Shown here piece by piece: positions 27,024 through 35,136 of a DNA stretch of 48,722 nt. The notes below the pieces were generated by a model. That model did not search any database. It worked only from the letters and a program-made list of their open reading frames with translations, and had not been told where the DNA came from. Position numbers and translations under genes: made by a program. How positions within the stretch are numbered: position 1 is the stretch's first letter; every line of letters starts with the position of its first letter. The stretch spans positions 1-48,722 of the forward strand of contig JAYRDY010000001.1 of assembly GCA_041909215.1 (NCBI GenBank), given 5' to 3'. This DNA is from Cloacibacterium sp. Its GTDB lineage: Bacteria; Bacteroidota; Bacteroidia; Flavobacteriales; Weeksellaceae.

Positions 27024-27500
27024 TTATTTTGCCAAATTGTCAATTCCTTCTTTGTCTAAACGGAAAACCGTCCATTCATCCATTGGTTTTGCGCCGAGTG
27101 ATTTGTAGAATTGTATAGAAGGCGTATTCCAATCGAGAACGCTCCATTCTAATCTGCCACAATTTCTTTCTTTGGCAATTTTTGCCAGTTCTACTAAAAG
27201 TGCTTTTCCGTAACCTTTTCCGCGTGTTTCTGGTTCTACAAAAAGGTCTTCTAAATAAATGCCAGGTTTGCCCACGAATGTAGAAAAATTATGAAAATAC
27301 AAAGCAAAGCCAACTGGTTTCTCATCTTCTTCTGCGATGAGCACTTCGGCGAATTTTTTCTCAAAAATATTGGTGCGTAGTTCTTCTATCGAAGTGATGA
27401 CATCATTCTCTAGTTTTTCGTAAACTGCGAGTTTGTAGATTAAATTGAAGATGGTTTGCGTATCTTCTGGAGTTGCTTTACGGATATTGAAAGTTGACAT
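27024..27500 (-). CDS. GNAT N-acetyltransferase (diamine/spermidine acetyltransferase-like)
   Basis: LAVYEK, IYLEDLFV, RGKGYG, WSVLDWN. Confidence 0.92.
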   Translation of the reverse strand: MSTFNIRKATPEDTQTIFNLIYKLAVYEKLENDVITSIEELRTNIFEKKFAEVLIAEEDEKPVGFALYFHNFSTFVGKPGIYLEDLFVEPETRGKGYGKALLVELAKIAKERNCGRLEWSVLDWNTPSIQFYKSLGAKPMDEWTVFRLDKEGIDNLAK

Positions 27501-27552
27501 ATTTAAAAGTTGTTTTAGAACCCAAAATTAGCAATTTTTGACGAAAATGTAA

Positions 27553-27668
27553 CTAGCCCCGATTGAACGGCATGTTTGAGCACATTTTTATTTTTTGTAG
27601 GAACGTGCCTTTGGCGCGTTCGGGAAAGGTGCAGGAAAAAATAAAAATTGCGAGTAGTGAAAGCGGGA
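27553..27668 (+). ncRNA. Structured flavobacterial repeat / Flavo-1-like element
   Basis: CTAGCCCCGATTGAACGGCATGTTTGAGC...GCGAGTAGTGAAAGCGGGA enclosing a long hairpin (ATTTTTATTTTTT/AAAAAATAAAAAT, GAACGTGCC/GGCGCGTTC). Confidence 0.45.
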
Positions 27669-27682
27669 AGAAGCTTCTAAAA

Positions 27683-27727
27683 CACCCCGTCAAAATTAAA
27701 ATTTGACACCCCTCTAAAAGAGGGGAA
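27683..27727. repeat. REP-like double hairpin (GTCAAA/TTTGAC; CCCCTCT/AGAGGGG)
   Basis: Two adjacent inverted repeats, GC-rich. Confidence 0.55.
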
Positions 27728-27732
27728 CCTAC

Positions 27733-27764
27733 AAAAAAACCTCCAAAAATTAATTTCGAAGGTT
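27733..27764 (-). terminator. Probable terminator of the E2 gene
   Basis: Imperfect AACCT..AGGTT stem followed by a T tract on the minus strand. Confidence 0.5.
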
Positions 27765-27785
27765 GGTTTATATTTTACTTTGAGC

Positions 27786-29084
27786 TTAAACTTCTGTGTT
27801 CATATCCCAATTTTCAAGATAATCGTGTACGTGTTTTAGGAACATTCCGCCCAAGCTTCCGTCCACAACTCGATGGTCGTAAGAATGGCTCATAAACATC
27901 AGTTGACGAATCGCGATTACATCTCCGTCTTTGGTTTCTAAAACTGCTGGTTTTTTCACAATCGCACCAATCGCCAAAATGGCAACTTGAGGTTGAGGAA
28001 TAATAGGTGTTCCCATTAAATTCCCGAAACTGCCAATGTTAGAAATGGTGTAAGTAGCGCCTTGCGTATCTTCTGGTTTCAGTTTTTTGTTTCTTGCTCT
28101 GTAAGCCAAATCGTTGATGGCTTTTGCTAAGCCTGAAAGCGAAAGTTGGTCTGCATTTTTAATGACAGGAACGATAAGATTGCCATCTGGTAAAGCGGTT
28201 GCCATACCAATATTAATGTTTTTCTTTTTGATGATTTTATCGCCATCAACAGAAATATTAATTAATGGGAAATCTTGGATGGCTTTTACTACTGCTTTTA
28301 CGAAAATTGGCATGAAGGTAAGTTTTTGACCTTCGCGTTTTTCGAAAGCATCTTTGTGTTTTGCTCTCCATTTTACCACGTTGGTAACGTCTGTTTCTAT
28401 AAAAGAGGTAACGTGTGGTGATGTTTTTTTAGAATTCACCATTGCTTCTGCAATAATTTTTCTTACTCTATCCATCGGGATGATTTCGTCGCCAGTTGAG
28501 ATTGGTAGAGTAGGAGAATTAGAGGTTTGTGGAGTAGTAAAGGTTTGTGTTTGCTCTTTTTTTACCTCAACATTAACCTGATTTCCTCTGTTTTTAACGT
28601 ATGCTAAGATGTCTTCTTTGGTGATTCTGCCTTCTAGGCCAGTTCCTTTTATGGATTGGAGTTCTGTTTCTGAAATGTTTTCTTCTTGGGCAATAGATTT
28701 TACCAAAGGAGAAAGATATACTTCCCCTGAAAATTCTTGAGGAGCAGAAGTTTTTGCTAAAGGTTTTTCTAACTCCTGAATAATTTCAACAACTGGGGTT
28801 GTTTCCTTCGGAGTTTCTACGGAGTTGGTAGCGTTTTCTTCTCCTGCAATTTCTAAAATTGCGATCGGTTCTCCTACTTTCGCCACTTCGTCTTTTTGAA
28901 TTAAAATTTTAACAATTTTACCTGAAACGGGCGTAGGAACATCAGAGTCCACCTTATCTGTTGCGATTTCTACTACAGAATCGTCTTCGGTTACAGAGTC
29001 TCCTTCGTTGTATAGCCAGTTGGTTACAGTGGCTTCCATTACGCCTTCTCCCATAGATGGAAGTAATAATTTATATTCTGCCAT
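27786..29084 (-). CDS. Dihydrolipoamide acyltransferase E2 of a 2-oxoacid (probably branched-chain) dehydrogenase
   Basis: Lipoyl motif EIATDKVD, E3-binding GTGLEGRITKED, catalytic YDHRVVDG. Confidence 0.93.
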   Translation of the reverse strand: MAEYKLLLPSMGEGVMEATVTNWLYNEGDSVTEDDSVVEIATDKVDSDVPTPVSGKIVKILIQKDEVAKVGEPIAILEIAGEENATNSVETPKETTPVVEIIQELEKPLAKTSAPQEFSGEVYLSPLVKSIAQEENISETELQSIKGTGLEGRITKEDILAYVKNRGNQVNVEVKKEQTQTFTTPQTSNSPTLPISTGDEIIPMDRVRKIIAEAMVNSKKTSPHVTSFIETDVTNVVKWRAKHKDAFEKREGQKLTFMPIFVKAVVKAIQDFPLINISVDGDKIIKKKNINIGMATALPDGNLIVPVIKNADQLSLSGLAKAINDLAYRARNKKLKPEDTQGATYTISNIGSFGNLMGTPIIPQPQVAILAIGAIVKKPAVLETKDGDVIAIRQLMFMSHSYDHRVVDGSLGGMFLKHVHDYLENWDMNTEV

Positions 29085-29211
29085 TTTACTTTTTTAGAGT
29101 TTTTACAAATATAAAAATTTTTTGTAATTGAAAATTAATAAAAAATACATGTTTTTTTTGTGAATTTTCTAATCGTAATTTTTATACTTTTGTTTTGAAA
29201 TTTTTAGTGTT

Positions 29212-29502
29212 ATGAATTTACATATCGTTGCCTTATTCAGATTTAAAGAAAATCATCTCTTTGAAGCTTTAGAATTACTGAAAAATTTAGTCATCGAAAC
29301 CAGAAAAGAACAAGGTTGTTTGCAGTATGATTTAATTGAAGATAGAGAGAATAAAGGCACTTTTTTTATTGTAGAACTTTGGGAAACCGAAGATCATCAT
29401 CATTTACATTCCGTAACCGATCATTTATTGAGTTTCAGACAAAATGCAGCTCCGTTGATAGAGTCTCAAACTGAGGTATATAAAGGAATGAAAGTTTTTT
29501 GA
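29212..29502 (+). CDS. Antibiotic biosynthesis monooxygenase (ABM) / putative quinol monooxygenase
   Basis: TRKEQGCLQYDL, FFIVELWE, H...H motif; TACTTTTG promoter at 29185-29192. Confidence 0.88.
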   Translation: MNLHIVALFRFKENHLFEALELLKNLVIETRKEQGCLQYDLIEDRENKGTFFIVELWETEDHHHLHSVTDHLLSFRQNAAPLIESQTEVYKGMKVF

Positions 29503-29520
29503 TGAATGTAAAAGCGAAAC

Positions 29521-30243
29521 TTAGAAAAGTTCTGCTTCGAAAACATCAGCAAAGTGTTTCTTTATTTTTTGTTTTAAATCTTCGATTTCGTTTGCGGAAA
29601 ATTCTTTTTCTAATTCACGTTTTAGAGAAGTCACCGCTTTATCTTTAATGCCGCAAGGGATAATGTATTCAAAATAACGCAAATCGGTATTTACATTAAG
29701 TCCGAAACCGTGCATGGTAACCCAACGAGAAGTTTTAACGCCCAAAGCACAGATTTTTCTGGCAAAAGGTTTACCTACATCTAGCCAAACACCTGTTTCG
29801 CCAACGCTTCTTTCTCCCTTTAAACCGTATTCTGCAATGGTTCTGATGATTACTTCTTCCAAATTTCTCATATAGAGATGGATGTCTGACTTAAAATTGT
29901 CTAAATCTACAATAGGATAACCCACCAATTGACCAAAACCGTGATAAGTAATGTCTCCGCCACGGTTGGTTTTAACAAAAGTAGCGTTAATTTCTTTCAG
30001 TTTATCTTCATTGGCCAGCATATTGTGTTCATCGCCAGATTTGCCAAGAGTGTAAACGTGAGGATGCTCAACAAATAATAAATAATTGGGTGTAATTTCC
30101 TGATTTTTTTCTGATAAGTCTCTGTTTTTAGTTTTGATTTGAATGATGGAATCCATTAAATTTTGTTGATAATTAAAGGCTTCCAAATAGTCTTTTAGTC
30201 CTAAATCTTCGAATTTTACTTTTTTATTAAGATGTGCGTTCAC
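29521..30243 (-). CDS. lipB: Lipoyl(octanoyl) transferase
   Basis: EHPHVYTLG, RGGDITYHG, RKICALG, MHGFGLN, IPCG; GTG start. Confidence 0.97.
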   Translation of the reverse strand: MNAHLNKKVKFEDLGLKDYLEAFNYQQNLMDSIIQIKTKNRDLSEKNQEITPNYLLFVEHPHVYTLGKSGDEHNMLANEDKLKEINATFVKTNRGGDITYHGFGQLVGYPIVDLDNFKSDIHLYMRNLEEVIIRTIAEYGLKGERSVGETGVWLDVGKPFARKICALGVKTSRWVTMHGFGLNVNTDLRYFEYIIPCGIKDKAVTSLKRELEKEFSANEIEDLKQKIKKHFADVFEAELF

Positions 30244-30295
30244 TACTTTTAAATTTATTATGGCAAAAATACTATTTTTATTTTATTGATGCATT

Positions 30296-30336
30296 AAAAA
30301 GCAAAACGCTCTGAAATACACAGAGCGTTTTGTTTT
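30296..30336 (-). terminator. Intrinsic terminator closing the metal/redox cluster
   Basis: GCAAAACGCTCTG-AAATACA-CAGAGCGTTTTGT flanked by A/T tracts. Confidence 0.85.
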
Positions 30337-30341
30337 AAATT

Positions 30342-31310
30342 TTAGTCATCATCGTGTTCTCTCTCGTGGTGCTCATCGTGGTGATGGTGTTTTCTTTTGT
30401 GCTCGTGTTTGTAATGTTCATCATCATTATCATATTCAGAATCGTTCTTGGCGTAATATGGAGGCATTTCAATATTAGATTGAGGAGCGTAGCTGTCATT
30501 ATTTGTTACTGCTTCTTGTTGTCTGTTGTTAGAAGCGCCACTTGTCCCGTCAATATTAGTATTTTTAGCTCTTCTCAAAGTAATATTCATGGTTTTTCTT
30601 TCGGTGTTTCCGTTAGGGTAGAGCAAAGATTCCCATTCGTCTTCCTCATCGTGTTCACGTTCATTACCACGTTCGTTTACGGGCAACCCAAAAGCCAGAT
30701 AAGCCAAAAACAATGAGCCTCCTAACCAAAGCAATGAAAATATTTTATGAAAAGCATTGGTCTTGCCAGCTTCTGTTTGTACGTTTTTATAACCTGTGAA
30801 AATAGAAGCTAAAGTGCCTGTTTTTCTGTGGAATATGGTGTCTGCGAAAATTCCTGCAAGGTGTGCAAAAACCAATACTAAGAATAATTTAGCGCCAAAT
30901 TCGTGACTTTCTTCCACGCCTTTTTCGGTTAAGGTAAATCCTAAAAATTGAGCAGTTTCCGTAGCCCAAAAATAACCTGTAATGGCAGTGAAAACACCTG
31001 CAAACATCATGGTAAACATAACTACAGAAGCCAAAGGATTGTGACCAACGTAACTGTTTTTATAAAAATAATTTTTAATGAAGTCTATTTGATGAGAAAT
31101 TCCCATTGGGAAATCTTTGAAGTTGGAATATTTCGGGCCAATTATTCCGTAAAGTATTCTGAAAAAGGAAATTCCGCCTACCAAAGCTCCGAAAGCATAG
31201 TGATAGTTCATTTGCCACTCTTTTTCTCCCGTAATATAAGCTACGGTGAAGCCTAAGGCTAAAAGCCAATGCGATATTCTAGTCGTTAAAGACCATATTT
31301 TTGTTTTCAT
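30342..31310 (-). CDS. Cytochrome b/b6 (Ni_hydr_CYTB-type) membrane protein with a C-terminal DGTSGAS motif and His-rich tail
   Basis: RISHW, YHY, GHNPL, ESHE, FAHL heme-ligand pattern; a fifth TM; about 110-aa polar tail. Confidence 0.85.
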   Translation of the reverse strand: MKTKIWSLTTRISHWLLALGFTVAYITGEKEWQMNYHYAFGALVGGISFFRILYGIIGPKYSNFKDFPMGISHQIDFIKNYFYKNSYVGHNPLASVVMFTMMFAGVFTAITGYFWATETAQFLGFTLTEKGVEESHEFGAKLFLVLVFAHLAGIFADTIFHRKTGTLASIFTGYKNVQTEAGKTNAFHKIFSLLWLGGSLFLAYLAFGLPVNERGNEREHDEEDEWESLLYPNGNTERKTMNITLRRAKNTNIDGTSGASNNRQQEAVTNNDSYAPQSNIEMPPYYAKNDSEYDNDDEHYKHEHKRKHHHHDEHHEREHDDD

Positions 31311-31396
31311 TTTTGTTTGATTTTAATGTAAAAAGTAAATAGAAATCTTGCCTTTTCTGTTTTAGAAAAAGTTGATTTGATGTAAAAATTATTGTT

Positions 31397-31789
31397 TTAC
31401 ATTAAAAATTCTGGTGGCTGAAAAATAGAGTAGTGGAACTCTGATATAAAATCTTTTTTATAAAAATAATGAGGCTTTTTTTCAAAAATTACAATTTTGG
31501 GTTTCTTAGGGATGAAATCTTCAATCCCTTGAAAAGTAAATACCAATGGTGAAGAAACTGTACTGAAATCATACGTTCTGAAAGGTAATTTTTTGTCTTG
31601 CTCATAATCATTATCCAAATTTTTGTCTAAATAATGATGTTCGAAAAATCCCATCAAAGTATAATCTTTGTTTATCAATTCGTGGTTAACAAAATGCTCA
31701 ATTAAAACGGGCAATTTAAAAACCTGTCTGAATTCTTGAAAAGAGCTCAGATAAACAGAAAGTAATACTATGGGAATTAACTTTTTCAA
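31397..31789 (-). CDS. Small His-containing conserved protein, putative regulatory leader (paralog of 40226..40612)
   Basis: Likely TTG start at 31789 (LKKLIPIVLL); IEHFVNH, HHYL, DYEQDKKLPF, C-terminal SIFQPPEF. Confidence 0.75.
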   Translation of the reverse strand: MKKLIPIVLLSVYLSSFQEFRQVFKLPVLIEHFVNHELINKDYTLMGFFEHHYLDKNLDNDYEQDKKLPFRTYDFSTVSSPLVFTFQGIEDFIPKKPKIVIFEKKPHYFYKKDFISEFHYSIFQPPEFLM

Positions 31790-31877
31790 CTTACTATTTA
31801 GATACAATAATTAGGCTAAAGTTAAATGGAATATTAAAAAATATTTTTTTAAGCTTTAGCCTTTTATTTTTTCTGAA

Positions 31878-32975
31878 TTATCCTGCAACAGACACTCCGA
31901 TAATTTTACCAATTCCGAAGGTTATGGCTGCAGCAAGCAACCCGAAGATTACTTGTCTGAAACCAGAATACCAAATGCTTTTTCCTGTGAACAAGGTAAT
32001 AGCAGAGCCAATTAAAAATAAGCCTACTGAGCTGGAAATGGCACTTGCGATTATCGCTGGCGTTCCGCTTAAAAAGAAAAACGGAAATAACGGTAATATT
32101 GCACCAATGGCAAATAAAACAAAGGAAGAGACAGCGGCTTCCATTGCAGAACCTTTTAATTCTTCAGAATTAATGCCGAGTTCTTCTTTTACTAAAAACT
32201 GATGCGCCGAATTTTTATCATTCATCAACTCTTTAGCCATTTGTTGTGCTTGTTCTTGTGGGATGCCTTTTGCTCTGTAAATTAGTTCTATTTCTTTTAG
32301 TTCACCTTCTGGGTTTACTTCTAGTTCATCCATTTCCAGAGACATTTGGTTTTCGTAGAGTTCTTTCGAGCTTTGTACAGAAATCCATTCTCCTAAAGCC
32401 ATAGAAAGAGAGCCAGCCAAAAGCCCAGCCAAACCTGCAAGAAGCACTTCTTTTTGTCCGCTGCTGGCGCCAGCAACTCCCATAATTAGAGAAAAATTAG
32501 AGATTAGCCCATCATTACCTCCTAAAACGGCTGCTCTAAGGGCGTTTCCGCCAACAGAACGGTGTCTTTTTTCGAAACGAGAAAGGGCATTGCCTCCAAT
32601 TTTTGGATTGTTATGAAGAATATTTTCAAGAATTTTCACGTGTGCAGTATCTGAAATTGATGCTTGCGTTTTAGTGTTTACTCTTGCTTTTCCTATGGAG
32701 TTAGACAGCGATTTTTCGGTATCCATTAATACTCCTAAAATATAATCATAGCCTAAAATACTGCCAATTTTCTTCAGGATTTTTGCTCTGGTAGAAGGTT
32801 GTGGCATGTCTTTTTCGGAGAGTCCTACTTTTTGTAAAAAAGCAACTGCGTGAGATTTTTCTATTTCAGACATTTGTAAGAAAACCTCTTTTACGTTTTG
32901 GTCTTCTTCTTTTTCTGCTAATAAACCGTATAGAAAAGAAGCATCTACTTCGGTTTGTATGTTTTTAAGGTTCAT
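31878..32975 (-). CDS. Rubrerythrin/ferritin-like domain plus VIT1/CCC1 transporter (MbfA-like iron exporter)
   Basis: N-terminal EVDASFLY...EIEKSH; VIT1 motifs LRAAVLGGNDGL, SMALGEWISV, KEELG; likely ATG at 32975. Confidence 0.88.
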   Translation of the reverse strand: MNLKNIQTEVDASFLYGLLAEKEEDQNVKEVFLQMSEIEKSHAVAFLQKVGLSEKDMPQPSTRAKILKKIGSILGYDYILGVLMDTEKSLSNSIGKARVNTKTQASISDTAHVKILENILHNNPKIGGNALSRFEKRHRSVGGNALRAAVLGGNDGLISNFSLIMGVAGASSGQKEVLLAGLAGLLAGSLSMALGEWISVQSSKELYENQMSLEMDELEVNPEGELKEIELIYRAKGIPQEQAQQMAKELMNDKNSAHQFLVKEELGINSEELKGSAMEAAVSSFVLFAIGAILPLFPFFFLSGTPAIIASAISSSVGLFLIGSAITLFTGKSIWYSGFRQVIFGLLAAAITFGIGKIIGVSVAG

Positions 32976-33018
32976 TGTTTTTTGTGTTCTAGTGTTAATC
33001 AAATATAATCAATTATCA

Positions 33019-33939
33019 TTACATAATTTTGATTTTTTCCGAATAGTAAAATTTATTGTCATCATCAATAATAATACATTCTATATCTTTTAATTGATTG
33101 ATTAAGGCAAGTCCTTTTTCTGTTCCTAGAATTGTAATGGGTGTAGCCAAAGCATCAGAAATTTCTGCATTTGGAGAGATAACGGTAACGCTTTTAATCC
33201 CGTGAACGGGAAAACCTGTTTTAGGATTGATGGTGTGCGAATATCTCTTGCCATCTATCATCACAAATTTTTCATAATTTCCAGAAGTTGCAACAGATAA
33301 ATCGGTGACTTCTAAGGTGGAAAAAGGCAAATCAGAAAAATCAGGATGGGCAATGCCAATCGTCCAAGGTTTTCCGTTTTCTGGGATTCCCCAGCAAGAT
33401 AAATCTCCTGAAGCATTAATAATGCCTGCTTTTACACCAAGGTTTTTCAGTAGATTTTTTGTTTTTTCGGCTGCATAACCTTTACCAATTCCCCCAAAAC
33501 CAATTCTCATTCCTTTATTTTTAAGGAAAACCGTTTTTTCTTCTGTGTTGAGGATAATATTTCTGTAATCAATTAAAGCAATGCTTTTTCGAGCTAAAAC
33601 TTCATCGGGAAGTTCAGTCATTTCGGTATCAAAATTCCAAAAGCGTTGGTCTATAGAACCGTAAGTAATATCGAAAGTACCATCTGTGATTTCAGAAATT
33701 TTTTTTGATCTTTTAATTAAAGAAAAGATTTCGTCACTTACTTTTACGGGTTTTAGACCTGCGTTTTTATTGATAAGGTTGGTTTCGCTCGTTTCTTGAT
33801 AGGTAGAAAGCAAAGCTTCTATTCTAGAAATTTCTTCTACTGCTTTTTTCAGGAAAAAATCAGTTTCCGTTGCTGTTTTGGCTTCCACCGTAATCTCGAA
33901 ACGGTTTCCCATCAATTTTTGGACAATCTTTTTTTGCAT
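33019..33939 (-). CDS. apbE: FAD:protein FMN transferase (no signal peptide)
   Basis: LMGN, GTFDIT, GGIGKGYA, INASGD, ATSGNYE, HTINPKTG, SDALAT. Confidence 0.95.
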   Translation of the reverse strand: MQKKIVQKLMGNRFEITVEAKTATETDFFLKKAVEEISRIEALLSTYQETSETNLINKNAGLKPVKVSDEIFSLIKRSKKISEITDGTFDITYGSIDQRFWNFDTEMTELPDEVLARKSIALIDYRNIILNTEEKTVFLKNKGMRIGFGGIGKGYAAEKTKNLLKNLGVKAGIINASGDLSCWGIPENGKPWTIGIAHPDFSDLPFSTLEVTDLSVATSGNYEKFVMIDGKRYSHTINPKTGFPVHGIKSVTVISPNAEISDALATPITILGTEKGLALINQLKDIECIIIDDDNKFYYSEKIKIM

Positions 33940-33948
33940 TTTATTTTG

Positions 33949-33974
33949 AAAAAAGCCTTGTGAAATACAAGGCT
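33949..33974 (-). terminator. Terminator-like hairpin between the RND adaptor gene and apbE
   Basis: AGCCTTGT-ATTTC-ACAAGGCT followed by a T tract on the minus strand. Confidence 0.65.
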
Positions 33975-33979
33975 ATCAT

Positions 33980-35110
33980 TTATTCTTCCACGTTTTTAAG
34001 TCCCATTAAAAGATAATAAGCACCTTTCGTTACAAATCTTTTATTTTTGAGTTTTTCATCAAAATTTAAAATTTCTGTTCTGCCGTTTTCAGAATTTCCG
34101 ATGGTTACAGGAAACATTTTGAAGGTTTTTGGTTTTACTTCCTCAAAAATATATTGTTTACTTTCCCAAGTCACCACAGCATCATCGGGAACAGTATTGC
34201 CCGTTTCACTATTGGTTTCTACTTCGGCATTCATAAAAGTTCCTGGGATTAAGCTTTTATCATAATTAATAAAATGACAATGCACAATTACAGATTTATC
34301 TGGTTGAAAATCCTTCCCAATTAATATGATGTTTGCGGCGTATTTTTTATCAGGATTTTGGTTGGTGTAAGCAAAAACTCTTTGGTTGATTGCAATTTTA
34401 CTCAAATCTTTTTCAAAAACTTTAAGTGCAAGGTGTATGTCTTCTGTATTTACAATATCAAAAAGCATTTCTGTTGGCGATACATATTGTCCCATTTTAA
34501 CGTTCACGCTAGACACATATCCAGAAACTGGCGATGTAAGCGAAATACTTCTTTTGATGTTGCTTGCAGAAAGAGTATTAGGATTAATGCCTAAAGTTCT
34601 GAGTTTTTCTGCCATACCACGCATTAAAATGTTTTGGTTTTGCGCTTCGGTCTGAGATTGTTGCATTACCTTATCAGACGCGGCTTTGCTTTGGTTGAGG
34701 TCTTTTTGTCTGGCGTAATCTTTCTGTGCATAACTCAGATTAGACTTTGCCAAAAGATAATCTTGTTGCAATTGCACAATTTGTGGATCTTCTAAAACGG
34801 CCAAAGTTTCGCCCTTGTTAACATGCATTCCTGGCATGTGACGGATGTTACGAACATAACCGCCACTTGGCGCAGAAACACTAGCTAAATTTTGAGGCGG
34901 AACATCTACATTGCCATTTAAAATAATTTTTGCTGAAATTTCTTCTTTTCCTAAAGTACCAATTTCAATTCCTGAGTTTTTCATTTGAGTGTCGTTCAGC
35001 GTAATTTGGTTTTCTACGGCTGCTACTTCAAATGTTTCTTTTTTTTCTTCTTCTTTTCCGCAAGAGAAAAGTAAGAAAGATAAAATTATTAATGATATGT
35101 TTTTTTTCAT
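33980..35110 (-). CDS. Heavy-metal RND efflux periplasmic adaptor (CzcB-like lipoprotein)
   Basis: Lipobox LFSC; VDVPPQN, QLQQDYL, SPVSGYV, VFEKD, VHCH. Confidence 0.92.
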   Translation of the reverse strand: MKKNISLIILSFLLFSCGKEEEKKETFEVAAVENQITLNDTQMKNSGIEIGTLGKEEISAKIILNGNVDVPPQNLASVSAPSGGYVRNIRHMPGMHVNKGETLAVLEDPQIVQLQQDYLLAKSNLSYAQKDYARQKDLNQSKAASDKVMQQSQTEAQNQNILMRGMAEKLRTLGINPNTLSASNIKRSISLTSPVSGYVSSVNVKMGQYVSPTEMLFDIVNTEDIHLALKVFEKDLSKIAINQRVFAYTNQNPDKKYAANIILIGKDFQPDKSVIVHCHFINYDKSLIPGTFMNAEVETNSETGNTVPDDAVVTWESKQYIFEEVKPKTFKMFPVTIGNSENGRTEILNFDEKLKNKRFVTKGAYYLLMGLKNVEE

Positions 35111-35136
35111 TTTAATTCATTTTTTTTGATGAAAAT

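Noticed and set aside
27553-27668. Calling the element a hammerhead ribozyme or riboswitch
   Set aside because: Core nucleotides deviate from CUGAnGA and no third stem with a cleavage triplet could be assigned; kept only as a structured repeat
30354-30716. Hydrophobic 120-aa plus-strand ORF
   Set aside because: It is the antisense reading of the His/Asp/Glu-rich tail, whose codons read as Val/Met/Ile/Phe on the other strand
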